DNA of 64,000 nt from a virus. Positions within the stretch are counted from its first letter, which is position 1, and each line of letters opens with the position of its first letter. Location: the IMG/VR virus record IMGVR_UViG_3300042013_000061, positions 75,570 through 139,569 of that record; one strand, written 5' to 3'. Positions 29,683 through 39,325 of the stretch are shown piece after piece. Below the pieces are notes generated by a model. The model was given only the letters and a program-made list of their open reading frames with translations, was not told where the DNA came from and made no database searches. The translations under genes were made by a program, and so were the position numbers.

Positions 29683-29889
29683 TTATTTACAGTTTCGTGC
29701 TGCTGCTTCTTCGCGAGCAACTAACACGCCGTGGATACGCGCATTACGCCAGACGTTACGCCTTGCGCGAGCGTCTATATCCTTTAACCATTGTTTGCGC
29801 TTGGCACGGCGCCCTCGAAAGAAGGCACCGACCAGCAGTAAGAGAACGAACACAATCACCAACGCGAAAGCAAGTTGCGGATTGTTCAT
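29683..29889 (-). CDS. small single-pass membrane protein
   Basis: N-terminal hydrophobic helix followed by a basic stretch. Confidence 0.6.
   Translation of the reverse strand: MNNPQLAFALVIVFVLLLLVGAFFRGRRAKRKQWLKDIDARARRNVWRNARIHGVLVAREEAAARNCK
29686..29693 (-). promoter_or_regulatory. ACTGTAAA promoter-like motif upstream of dnaX
   Basis: AAACTGTAAATA about 30 nt upstream of the ATG. Confidence 0.6.
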
Positions 29890-29907
29890 GATTTTTCTCG
29901 ACAGAGT

Positions 29908-31098
29908 TTAGTCGGAGGCTTGAGCGCTTTTCAAAGTTTTCTCAAGGAGCTTTTTCACGCTCTTCGGAATTTCTTTGCCGGTCGTGTGGTAGGCGTAAGC
30001 TTCAGCAAACATTTCCTGCACGCTGACTTTTGCGTATTCCGAAATCAGGGATTCCGAATTGGAGAACGATGCAGAAGTCGGCCAGATGCCCGCCAGCACT
30101 TTGCTGTTTTGATTCAGCAGAGTGTTCACGTCTTCAGGCGAAAGTTTGTGATGTTTCTTCAGGTAGGCGAGCGCTTCTTTGAACAGTTGCAGTTCGTCTT
30201 CTTCGATATCACGTTGGAATTCCCGCACGCTTTGTTGGCTGGCAACGAGCGATGTGCAAAGGTCTTCCATTTCGGATTTCTTCGCCTTGGAAACTTTGGT
30301 CAGGCTGTTGTAGATTTCCAACCATTCCGCACGCATTTTCTCGCTGACGAATTTGAACCAGATACCGTGGCCGATTTCGTGGGCGAAAATGTATTGGTTG
30401 TAAATCTGGTCGCTGATGATTTTCGGATGCAGACGCACCATGTCTTCAGGCGTACCGGATTTGAAACTGACCGAATACGAACCGGCCCACTTGCCTTTCG
30501 CGTTCAAGACTTCCAGACGGGTGAACGGGAATACTTTTCCGAGTCCCTGTTCATCGACTTTTTTCTTGATGCGTTTGATTGCAATCGTGATCGCTTCTTT
30601 TTCGTCGTCTTCCAGCTTGCGATACAGGTGCATCGGGCCAATCGGCGTTTGCACTTCACCATAATGCGGCTGGATATCTACGCCGTAAGCTTTGCCCGGT
30701 GCAGGATCAGCGCCGAGGTTTGCCACCAGAGTTTCGGCGGTATATTCCACGGTCTGCGGTTCTTCGTTCGCCATCGTGTCTTCGATGTACGCAGTGTTAC
30801 GTTTTGGCGAGTGCGCAAAACACAGTTTGTTTTTCTTGCCGACGCGGACGATGATGTAATCGTCTTTCTCGACTGGAAGCATTGTCTTTTCAGGCGCTTC
30901 GTCTTTCTTCTTCAGTTTCTTTTCGCCACCGCTAACTTTAACGATGGTGTCGCCGCTCTCAGAAGACTTCTTCTTTTTCTTCTTTGGCGCGCTGGTGTCG
31001 AGGCCGGTACTTTTCACCAGACCCTTGCTTTTCTTTTTGGTGTTTTCTTCACCGCCGCTTTTCTTCTTCTTTTTCTTTTTCTTCAGGTCATCACTCAT
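29908..31098 (-). CDS. zincin-like metallopeptidase with Lys-rich N-terminus
   Basis: FAHEIGH (HExxH) and ISEYA...EMFAEAY third-ligand motif. Confidence 0.75.
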   Translation of the reverse strand: MSDDLKKKKKKKKSGGEENTKKKSKGLVKSTGLDTSAPKKKKKKSSESGDTIVKVSGGEKKLKKKDEAPEKTMLPVEKDDYIIVRVGKKNKLCFAHSPKRNTAYIEDTMANEEPQTVEYTAETLVANLGADPAPGKAYGVDIQPHYGEVQTPIGPMHLYRKLEDDEKEAITIAIKRIKKKVDEQGLGKVFPFTRLEVLNAKGKWAGSYSVSFKSGTPEDMVRLHPKIISDQIYNQYIFAHEIGHGIWFKFVSEKMRAEWLEIYNSLTKVSKAKKSEMEDLCTSLVASQQSVREFQRDIEEDELQLFKEALAYLKKHHKLSPEDVNTLLNQNSKVLAGIWPTSASFSNSESLISEYAKVSVQEMFAEAYAYHTTGKEIPKSVKKLLEKTLKSAQASD

Positions 31099-31113
31099 TA
31101 CATTCTCCAATTG

Positions 31114-31410
31114 TTAAGGCATAAGCCAATGTTTGCGCAGGGGTTGGGTTGCAATCCACGCATCGTCACGGTGATCGGAAACACTGAGGATTTGTGTACC
31201 GTCTTCCTCTTCCACAAACGTGATTAAGTGTCCGTAGTATTCGCTAGTAACCACGACGTTATGCGACGGCGGCAAATCCAGATAACCGAATACTTTGTGG
31301 TGAAACATCAATTCGATATCTTTGCTCGTAGTTTTCACAGCGGGATACGTTGTGAAGCCGTGCGTGCGTTTCGGCATCAACTCGATTAATTCAGTCACAG
31401 ATATCACCAA
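31114..31410 (-). CDS. hypothetical protein
   Basis: ORF in operon. Confidence 0.5.
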   Translation of the reverse strand: MVISVTELIELMPKRTHGFTTYPAVKTTSKDIELMFHHKVFGYLDLPPSHNVVVTSEYYGHLITFVEEEDGTQILSVSDHRDDAWIATQPLRKHWLMP

Positions 31411-31855
31411 TGCCGCTAGCTACCGACGATGCACCATCTGCAATTGCATCCAGAACAACACGCCCGATTGTGCCAATGCCGTCGAGAATGCTACTGGTTT
31501 CGACAGAAGACATTGAACTGCTCGATGCGAAAGAATTTCCATTGTTACCCGGCCCGGTCGCATGTGGGTTTACGCGCTGTCGGGCAGCTTCGGCTTGAGC
31601 CTTCTGATTTTCAATCCATTCGTGCGGATCAAAGCTTTCCGATTCGACGATTGTTACCAGCATTTTTTCTGCTTGATAATGATTCGGGTACGGCGGACGA
31701 ATCGCGTCACAAATTTCGTTGTATTTGTTTTCGTCACAGAATCGCCATTCGTCCCACGCACCAGCAACGTCGATGCTGTCTTTGTCGCGAGTGCCATAGA
31801 AGCAACCCGAATCCCACGAACGGTAGCGATAAAGATATTCGACTTTTTCTGTCAT
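31391..31855 (-). CDS. hypothetical protein
   Basis: ORF in operon; Ser/Gly-rich C-terminus. Confidence 0.6.
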   Translation of the reverse strand: MTEKVEYLYRYRSWDSGCFYGTRDKDSIDVAGAWDEWRFCDENKYNEICDAIRPPYPNHYQAEKMLVTIVESESFDPHEWIENQKAQAEAARQRVNPHATGPGNNGNSFASSSSMSSVETSSILDGIGTIGRVVLDAIADGASSVASGIGDICD

Positions 31856-32475
31856 GTCCGGCCCGCCGTTTCAAGAAGCGCTTTGATTTCTTTAGTCAAG
31901 AAACCATCGACCAAAGATTCGTTATTGCAAATACCCATGTATTCGAATTCGACGCCTTCATTGAAACGGAACACGCCACCGACAGTCATGGATTCGTTGA
32001 AACTCGACAGCGGTTTATCCCACGTGAAACCGTTCGCGCCGATGTAGTGAATATTCACCGGATACTTTTCACGGTTCTGCGCGTTGGCATTCATGTTGCC
32101 GTAACCGTAGACCAGATAAGGCCGACCGCTTTTGTGCGTGAACACACCGCCGATTGGTGGAATGTCGAATTCCAAATCGGAAGGCGTAACGATTTCAGTT
32201 GGTTTGATGAAAACGGTATAGGCCGGGAGATTGTGCGAGTAAATCAAAACGGATTTTCCGTTCTCGCTCAGGCCGCAAATCACAGCGTCATCGGCTGCAA
32301 CTACTTTGAATTCTTCACCGGCGTCATTACGCAACCAATGCAGGTTCGCTTTGCAAACGGTGTAATGAACATCGCCGTCTTTTACATACGCGTTGTAAAT
32401 CTGTTGCTGCGCGTTGTAGTGCAGGGCGGTTTGTACGAGGCCGGTCGCCTCTTCTTCGGTATACATTCGACTCAC
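31852..32475 (-). CDS. hypothetical protein
   Basis: 207-aa ORF coupled to neighbours. Confidence 0.6.
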   Translation of the reverse strand: MSRMYTEEEATGLVQTALHYNAQQQIYNAYVKDGDVHYTVCKANLHWLRNDAGEEFKVVAADDAVICGLSENGKSVLIYSHNLPAYTVFIKPTEIVTPSDLEFDIPPIGGVFTHKSGRPYLVYGYGNMNANAQNREKYPVNIHYIGANGFTWDKPLSSFNESMTVGGVFRFNEGVEFEYMGICNNESLVDGFLTKEIKALLETAGRT

Positions 32476-33107
32476 GATAAAATAATCCTGTTTTGCAAAA
32501 GAAGTACCAGAGCATAACCATGCGCCGGGATTTGTTTGGGATCGGTTGGAGCCAGACCGTAATAGGCGCGCCGGATAATCTCGACTGCATCTAAACCAAT
32601 TACGTCTATATCGGCGGCTTCACAAATCCCCAAGAATTTTTCTACGATTTCAGGCATGACAGTAATTGCCATACCGCGACGGCGCAGTTTAATTTTCTCT
32701 TCCCGGTTGCGCATGACGGCAGTGCCGCTCGCATCTGGAAATGCCACGTAAACACGATCATCGGAAACAAACACATTGGCGTTTTGCCAAATGTCTGAAA
32801 CCTCGGCTGTGTAGGTCATGCTCGCTACAAACATATCGAAATTTCGCCGCACATAATTCCGCAAGTCATTCGCGATGTTTACGCGCTTCAGTTCTTCAAT
32901 CGCGTCAGATGCACGTGGCGTAGGTGCAAAGAAAAGCTTGCCTAAACCATCATCGCAAACCTTTGCGAATTTTCGACCTTCTTTAAATCCGATTGCTACG
33001 CCATTGTTAAAAACATACAGGCTGTTATCAACGAGGGTAAGGCGTTCCGCAAAACGGCGGCGGCATTCGGCTACAAAACGGCTATCAAATATATTGACCT
33101 CAAGCAT
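32472..33107 (-). CDS. hypothetical protein
   Basis: AAGGA RBS; ACTGTAAA motif at 33138-33145 upstream. Confidence 0.6.
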   Translation of the reverse strand: MLEVNIFDSRFVAECRRRFAERLTLVDNSLYVFNNGVAIGFKEGRKFAKVCDDGLGKLFFAPTPRASDAIEELKRVNIANDLRNYVRRNFDMFVASMTYTAEVSDIWQNANVFVSDDRVYVAFPDASGTAVMRNREEKIKLRRRGMAITVMPEIVEKFLGICEAADIDVIGLDAVEIIRRAYYGLAPTDPKQIPAHGYALVLLLQNRIILS

Positions 33108-33133
33108 GATCGTTCCTTAACGTGGCTCTCTTC

Positions 33134-34081
33134 TTATTTTACAGTTTTTCGCGCTTTGGCATAAGGCACAATGCTTTTCGAAATGGCTGATGCAATATCG
33201 GTACGCATTTGATTTGATTCATCAAACGATGCGGCCAGTGTACGCATATCGTATTCGCTGTATTCGACCGGGGCGTTTTCATTGCGTGTCATAACTTCGA
33301 TCAAACGCAGGAATTTTGCCAGTTCAAAATAACCATTGCGCACATAGTATTCACGGTCGTTGTAATTCATCGGTTGCGTGAACACAATGTAACGAGCGTG
33401 GCCGAGAATTTCTTTCGCACACTTGTTAATCATTTCAGTTCGTTCGCGGGTAAACTGATCGTCGATTGATTGCGACCGTTCCCGGCGTTTCATCAATTCC
33501 GCTACGTCGGCTTTGTCTTTCATGCCGCGCAAAAATTGCGATGCGGCGTTAATGATTCGCTTCGATTGATTTTCCATGCCCCGGCCATATTGCAGGGTTT
33601 GGATTTTCTTTCCATCCAGCGCAACAGCAAGGCCCACGGCGTCTGCACTTTCACGGGCGTAGTCACGGAAAAACAAAACAGCGCTATTCGATGTTGGCGT
33701 TTTAACCGTGGCTTTTTTCCAGTGGCGTTCATACCACAGTTCACCTACGCAAACGAATTCAACGCCGTCGCGGTAAACGGTATTGCCGAACCACTCGTAA
33801 ATAGTGGACAGGTGATTTAAATAATCCACGTAGCTGTTGATATCCAGCGTGTCGAAAATCTCTTCCACGTGCTGCATCGCACTCTTCAGCATTTCTTCGT
33901 GGAATTCCATAACGCTAGACGTATCGTTTTGATATTCACCGTCAGTCGATGCGTGGGCATACAAACAGAAGCGCAGCACTGCCTGATATTCGCCAAGGCG
34001 TGAGAACAATGCGCGGGCATTCATTTTCTGCGCAACGCGGACGTAAGAGGGTTGAAAGTATTTCATGTTTTCGTCACTCAT
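33134..34081 (-). CDS. hypothetical protein
   Basis: 315-aa helical ORF; no SD, C-rich leader. Confidence 0.65.
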   Translation of the reverse strand: MSDENMKYFQPSYVRVAQKMNARALFSRLGEYQAVLRFCLYAHASTDGEYQNDTSSVMEFHEEMLKSAMQHVEEIFDTLDINSYVDYLNHLSTIYEWFGNTVYRDGVEFVCVGELWYERHWKKATVKTPTSNSAVLFFRDYARESADAVGLAVALDGKKIQTLQYGRGMENQSKRIINAASQFLRGMKDKADVAELMKRRERSQSIDDQFTRERTEMINKCAKEILGHARYIVFTQPMNYNDREYYVRNGYFELAKFLRLIEVMTRNENAPVEYSEYDMRTLAASFDESNQMRTDIASAISKSIVPYAKARKTVK

Positions 34082-34680
34082 AAATGCGGCGGTAGGCCGG
34101 TGGGCGGGGCTTTGGCTGGCGAGGGTTTGCGGTGGGGAAGGGGGCGAGCGGAATGGGGGATGGGGTGCGCTTGCGCGCTTTTAACATTGCCGATGGTCTA
34201 TTATTTGTGCGAACAAATAACGCGGACAGAACTATCCTTAAAAGATCGAACATTCATCACAGCAGTCATTCCATGCAAAACGCAAACAATCTCTTTTGTT
34301 TGGCTGGCTGGTAAATTGCTCGGTCACTTTCGTACCGGTTCCTAACGGAACCAGTCTCAGCCGCTCCGCGTCCGAGCCTGTTTCGCTTCGCTTCTCTCGC
34401 TGCGCTCGCCAGAGCAACACGAGAATCAATCTGTTCCTAAACTCAATCACCGCAAACAATCATGGCTCGACGAAGCAGTCTCGATCCGTTCCAAACCAAA
34501 TGAATCATTTTGTTCTGTCACTCAATATTCCGCAACGAGTACACAGACCCCACTTTACAGTTTTTAAAAGTAGGCCATTTTGCTCGAAAAACATTCCATA
34601 CAAAACCCATTTGTTTCAATCATTCAAACAAAAGTCGAATAAAAGGCAATAAAAAAAGGGGAACCGATTGGCTCCCCTTG
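34082..34680. other. largest non-coding region; candidate origin or structured RNA
   Basis: Seven G-tracts (34102-34165), hairpin GGTTCC-TAAC-GGAACC, CGCTTCGCTTC run, imperfect direct repeat, ACTGTAAA at 34554. Confidence 0.45.
34652..34679 (-). terminator. Rho-independent terminator
   Basis: AAGGGGA..CC/GG..TCCCCTT stem plus T-tract on the minus strand after the stop at 34689. Confidence 0.65.
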
Positions 34681-34688
34681 GGTGAAAC

Positions 34689-35477
34689 TTACAGCGAACG
34701 ACACGTAACAAGGCGGTCGTAGAGTTCCAGAACGTTGGCGTTAAAGTCGAAACCCGGAATAGGGTTTGCACAATCACGACAATCAATCCAATCGTGTTTT
34801 TCACAACGGGATTCGGGAACCATTACAGGCGCGCATTCAACCGGTACAGGATCGCACGGCGGAATAGGGCACGGGTCTGCATCCATTAGCAAACGTTCGC
34901 AAACGAGTTTAATCAGCAGGCAAATATTTACGTCATTGATAACGTATTTTTCACCAGTGTTTTCCGTCTCGAAAGCGATTGTCGTTTTGACATTACCGGT
35001 ATTGGTGCAGTCTGCCGGAGTGCAACCATTGTCGATTGAAATCGGTGGCAAGATTGCTTGTTCCGGTTGGGCCATTTGAATTGGATTCGCCGGGACAAAG
35101 GTTCCGTTTTCCGGTATGCCATCCAGAACAGTTGTGCCGTTCATGGAAATGCGAACTTTTTTCGGGCCGAAGGTTTGAATGCAAACGGCAGTTTCACCAT
35201 CACGCTCAAACGTGGTCACGTCTGCATAAGTGTCGTCCGATGCCGTAGCTTTGTAGTGCCCGCTAGCAGAAAGCTTGGCTTGAATTTCATGCTTCACTTT
35301 ATCCCACATGAGCGCGAATTTCTTGCTGCTGTGTTCGGCAATTGCTTGTGCGAGTTTGTCGCCGGTTTCACGACTGAGAAAAGGCATAATCATTCGCAGC
35401 ATAGCCGAACGTTTACTGTCGCCTTTTCGATTGCGTGCCAGTGCGATCATGTTGGACGCAATGACAAGTTCTTTCAT
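34689..35477 (-). CDS. hypothetical protein with Cys/Pro-rich C-terminus
   Basis: GGAGG RBS; PCPIPPCDP and CRDC motifs. Confidence 0.65.
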   Translation of the reverse strand: MKELVIASNMIALARNRKGDSKRSAMLRMIMPFLSRETGDKLAQAIAEHSSKKFALMWDKVKHEIQAKLSASGHYKATASDDTYADVTTFERDGETAVCIQTFGPKKVRISMNGTTVLDGIPENGTFVPANPIQMAQPEQAILPPISIDNGCTPADCTNTGNVKTTIAFETENTGEKYVINDVNICLLIKLVCERLLMDADPCPIPPCDPVPVECAPVMVPESRCEKHDWIDCRDCANPIPGFDFNANVLELYDRLVTCRSL

Positions 35478-36046
35478 GGCAAAACCTCCCAATCAATTTC
35501 GAAGCCTTTGTGGTGGCAGAATGTGCGTGTGGCATTGTGAATTGCGTCGTGCAATTCTGGAATCAAATCGGCAGGTTGCAAACCACCCTTCAGAATTACA
35601 CGATTCACGCTGTGACCACGGCACACGCGCATATAGCATTTCTGTTCATCGTTGACCGTGTGGATTTCGTAATCAGGATAAATTTCTGGAATGCTTGTGC
35701 TATCCGGCCACACGGTAATCGTTTTCCATTTAAAACCGGACGCGACTTTCGTGTAACCGTCTTCGAATACGTCAGCCGGACTGAAAGACTGATAACCGTT
35801 ATCGTAGCGCACGAAATAACCGCCAATATGCGGTTCATGTTTCGTGTAGTAATCATCACCGACGACCACGGTATATTCACCAGCAACCGAAGTAATTACA
35901 TATTCGGTTTTCTGTGCAACCAAAACGCCGCCGATGTAGCGCAGTGGCTCGCGTGTGTCATTGTGCGTGCCTTTTTCCTGAGCGTAGATGCTGCCGATTT
36001 GAAAACCCTGCACCCGCTTGTGGCTTTGGTAAACTGCGAAGTCCAT
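35474..36046 (-). CDS. conserved phage protein (GGY.V.Y.DGY.S.SP family)
   Basis: YQSHKRV...KHEPHIGGYFVRYDNGYQSFSPADVFEDGY. Confidence 0.65.
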   Translation of the reverse strand: MDFAVYQSHKRVQGFQIGSIYAQEKGTHNDTREPLRYIGGVLVAQKTEYVITSVAGEYTVVVGDDYYTKHEPHIGGYFVRYDNGYQSFSPADVFEDGYTKVASGFKWKTITVWPDSTSIPEIYPDYEIHTVNDEQKCYMRVCRGHSVNRVILKGGLQPADLIPELHDAIHNATRTFCHHKGFEIDWEVLP

Positions 36047-36048
36047 AT

Positions 36049-36528
36049 TTAATCCCTCAGAGAATAAGCGAACTGAATTGTGCCACCGTGAGGAGAACCG
36101 CTGATGATTCGGCCTTCACCGATTGCAAACAAATCCTGCGATGCGTTAATGATCGGCGTCCACGATTCGATTTCAACCGGCGTCAAAGTAATCTTGGAAT
36201 TCGGCGGACGATCAAACGACAGATAAATACATTGTGAAGCCATCACCACGCGCACCAGTTCTTCATGGCCTTCCCACGCCTGCATTTCTTTTACACGCAA
36301 GAATTCTTGCAGGATGATATTGCGAATGGTGGCAGTGCCAATGCTCAAGGCGCGATCCAAATCGAAATTCAACCAGCCTTTCGACTTGTTAACGATTTCC
36401 CCGATTGTGTGCCCACGGAAAACCGCTAGCGACTCAGGTTCGTTGCGCACGGAAATAGAATTGGCGGTAATCACGGGCGGTACGTTGTCGTCATGCAAAT
36501 ACAAACGCATTACTTGTAGGTCTTTCAT
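36049..36528 (-). CDS. hypothetical protein
   Basis: 159-aa ORF in operon. Confidence 0.6.
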   Translation of the reverse strand: MKDLQVMRLYLHDDNVPPVITANSISVRNEPESLAVFRGHTIGEIVNKSKGWLNFDLDRALSIGTATIRNIILQEFLRVKEMQAWEGHEELVRVVMASQCIYLSFDRPPNSKITLTPVEIESWTPIINASQDLFAIGEGRIISGSPHGGTIQFAYSLRD

Positions 36529-37631
36529 CGCAGCTTATATCCTTTGGCAATATTTCTCAGTGGTTCCGTTGGCTGTAGCACCCGCGTAGAACAGACCCAT
36601 TCCAACCGGGCCTGATCCTGCATAATCTTGCGTTCTTTGTCGCGAATTTTCAGATAGAGATTTCGTTCTGGAATACAAACGATATCACCCTCGTTTACTT
36701 CTGATACTTCAGGGCCAAAAACGATTGGAATATCGCTCATGGTTTGCAGGCGGTCGTAATCCAGTGTGGTCGTTTCGCCGCCGATGTTTGCGTTAATTCG
36801 CTGGATACCCAAATCGAATTCAAACAGCACGTGCGTGAAGCGTTGCGCATGCACATAAAAATCCAGCGTGGTTCCGGCGTGCTGGCGAAGGTCTTCAATC
36901 GTTAGTGCTTTACCATCCTTGCGGCATGGCTTGTCACGCAGAATAAAAAGGTCTTCGCGAATGCTGTAGGTTGCCGAATTGAAATACTTCGGAACCAGCA
37001 GCTTAAAACAAACGTAAGCGTCTGCGATTTCTTTTACAAACGCGTGCGGTGCGCTTGTGGAATCGACGTGGAAACCGTCAATGTTTTCGATATCGTAATT
37101 GGTGAACAGACGGCGCTGCAAACCGTAAGCTTGATAACCCGGCTGACGCAGCGAGCGATAACAAATCCCGCAATTGATACTGCCTTGCGAAACACCATCG
37201 TGATAATGTTCGTCGTCGTCTTCGTCAATCAAAGTTGTGATTGCGTCCAGACCTTCATTGGATTCACCGCGACCACCGCTGACTTTTACAACCACATCAT
37301 CGTTCATGATTTTCTGACTGAAATCAGAACCGAACAAATCGTCGTCCTGCATTTCAATATCAATCGTATCGGTCACACGATCTTTATGCGGAATCACAGG
37401 GGCTTCAGTCGAACCGGGTTGAATCGGCACGTTTGTTTTTGAACAGGTGCAAGGCCGACCGACTAGGCGTTCAACCTGATAAAGAATTACGCCAACCGCG
37501 TTAACGGCAAGGCTGTTAGAAACCTGATGGTTGTATGCCGCGACAGTTTCATCCATACGGGCTTGCGCTTGCGTTTGAATAAAGTTTCGGGCGTGAATGC
37601 GTTTGTTGTTGGACGGGCCGCGCTTAATCAT
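36525..37631 (-). CDS. putative virion neck/head-closure-like protein with Zn-binding Cys pairs
   Basis: PCTC and CGIC motifs; beta-rich C-terminus; GGAGG RBS; product inferred. Confidence 0.5.
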   Translation of the reverse strand: MIKRGPSNNKRIHARNFIQTQAQARMDETVAAYNHQVSNSLAVNAVGVILYQVERLVGRPCTCSKTNVPIQPGSTEAPVIPHKDRVTDTIDIEMQDDDLFGSDFSQKIMNDDVVVKVSGGRGESNEGLDAITTLIDEDDDEHYHDGVSQGSINCGICYRSLRQPGYQAYGLQRRLFTNYDIENIDGFHVDSTSAPHAFVKEIADAYVCFKLLVPKYFNSATYSIREDLFILRDKPCRKDGKALTIEDLRQHAGTTLDFYVHAQRFTHVLFEFDLGIQRINANIGGETTTLDYDRLQTMSDIPIVFGPEVSEVNEGDIVCIPERNLYLKIRDKERKIMQDQARLEWVCSTRVLQPTEPLRNIAKGYKLR

Positions 37632-37716
37632 TTTGATACCTCCGTTCCCTATAAATTACGCCTGAAAAAGTGAGATTGCGGATAGTAATTCAGTAGTATG
37701 CAAAGGAGATACAACG

Positions 37717-38364
37717 ATGGCCCGGCGTAAAAGCAAAAAGAAAGTGCAGGTAAGCAGCGCACCGGCATTGGTATTCAAACGCAAGAAGCTTAAACGCAAG
37801 TTTCCTGATTCGGTAATCGTTACCGGGCAAGACATGGGAACAAAGAACTATGCGGTAACGCAGGTTGAAGCGTGGATTAAAGACGGACGTTTCCGTTTCC
37901 GCGTGATCGGTTCCAAAATGATGACGCACCTAATCCATGACGTGAAAGTTGCGCAGAATGAATGCGCTTTGTTCGTGGAAGAATACCGCGCATTGCCGGA
38001 AGCTGATTACATTGCAGCAGAGCGGTATCAATCCCGCCCCGGTGGCAGTACAGGTTCAACCGTTGAAGCTATTTCGATGATGTTGGGCGCGATGATGCTA
38101 ATTCATCCAGATACACCAATCGAATACTACACAGCGGCGACGTGGAAGAACGCATTCAACGGCACGCAAGCTGATTTGAAATCAATGTACGAAGATTTGA
38201 AAGAATACAAAGCCTTCGGAATCGTGATTCACCAACTCGATTCGTTCTTTATTGCGCTCTATCATGCAGCTAAAATGCTGGGCGTAAAACCATTCGATTT
38301 CATTCAAAGTTTTAAGGACGAAGAACGGCTTTTCAAAGTCCTTTGCGATGCGCCGACCTTATAA
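37717..38364 (+). CDS. ruvC: RuvC-like Holliday junction resolvase
   Basis: GQDMGTKNYA, IAAERY and HQLDS acidic motifs of the RNase H-like RuvC fold. Confidence 0.75.
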   Translation: MARRKSKKKVQVSSAPALVFKRKKLKRKFPDSVIVTGQDMGTKNYAVTQVEAWIKDGRFRFRVIGSKMMTHLIHDVKVAQNECALFVEEYRALPEADYIAAERYQSRPGGSTGSTVEAISMMLGAMMLIHPDTPIEYYTAATWKNAFNGTQADLKSMYEDLKEYKAFGIVIHQLDSFFIALYHAAKMLGVKPFDFIQSFKDEERLFKVLCDAPTL

Positions 38365-38411
38365 ATAATGTAAATAAAGGGGGTATTTTACAGAAACCTC
38401 CGAGGTCATTT

Positions 38412-38828
38412 ATGCAAACCGACAAAGGCTTTTCCGTTACAACCGATACGCCCCTCCGACGTAGTGATTTCGAGGTGCAAGGGGACTTTCCGAAAACGAT
38501 TTTGAGCCGCGCCTTCTACGTTTCGTATGAAGTTGAACGCCGCTATGAAGCTGATCGTCAACGTCCGCACACCGTAATCGTTTCGTTCATGGAAACCGGA
38601 AATAACATTTCGGATTTGAACGCCATTACGTTCGGCCAAGTGGCGCCGGAAAACCTGATCCTGATTACCAAAACCAGAACAGGCCGCGTTGTTTCGAAAC
38701 GGACTTTTACCAGTCTGCGTTTGAAAACAGCCGGGGCCAGTTACGCTATGCACGGCGACCACGAGGTTCCTTTGCAGCGTTTTGTTTTTGACTGCTACAT
38801 GTCTGACGCGGAATTTCCAAAGTCTTGA
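38412..38828 (+). CDS. hypothetical protein
   Basis: GAGG RBS before ATG 38412. Confidence 0.6.
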   Translation: MQTDKGFSVTTDTPLRRSDFEVQGDFPKTILSRAFYVSYEVERRYEADRQRPHTVIVSFMETGNNISDLNAITFGQVAPENLILITKTRTGRVVSKRTFTSLRLKTAGASYAMHGDHEVPLQRFVFDCYMSDAEFPKS

Positions 38829-39325
38829 AAAGCAAGCAATGCCCGTTGTTGGATTCCTATCGTTTCAAATCGCAGTGCCGTATAGAAACCTGCAAATACT
38901 ATACGGAAAAAACTGCGAATAAGTGCATGGCACTCGATACGGTATTTTCGTCCACCGACAAAGGCACGACTGACGCGGAGTTACGGCTGTTGAAATTGCC
39001 GGAGCATTCGAAGCGAGAAGTTTTTGTAGTGCGAAAAGAAGCACTGGATAACGTACAGGCCGTGATGGCTTTGTATCGTGCGGTGAGAGTTTGCCGCGAA
39101 GAAAAAGACAGTGACGTTTTCCCTGAAGAAAACACAGTCACGCAAAAAATCGTGGCACACCCGTTGTTCAAAGACCCGGATATCGGGTTAGAGGAATGGA
39201 TGCTGCCATATCTGTTTGATCCGAAGTTCATGTCGAAATTCGGCAACCCGAAAATTCATACCCTGTTCGATATTTCCGAAAAGGAATTAGAACAAGTCTA
39301 CCCTAGCCCCGGAGAAAAGAAATGA
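38825..39325 (+). CDS. hypothetical protein with Cys-rich N-terminus
   Basis: CP...C....C.........C. Confidence 0.6.
   Translation: MKSKQCPLLDSYRFKSQCRIETCKYYTEKTANKCMALDTVFSSTDKGTTDAELRLLKLPEHSKREVFVVRKEALDNVQAVMALYRAVRVCREEKDSDVFPEENTVTQKIVAHPLFKDPDIGLEEWMLPYLFDPKFMSKFGNPKIHTLFDISEKELEQVYPSPGEKK

Noticed and set aside
34052-34804. Short ORFs in the 34.1-34.7 kb gap
   Set aside because: Atypical composition and no RBS; the 33134 ORF cannot be extended upstream through the G-tract because there is no further start codon before an in-frame stop
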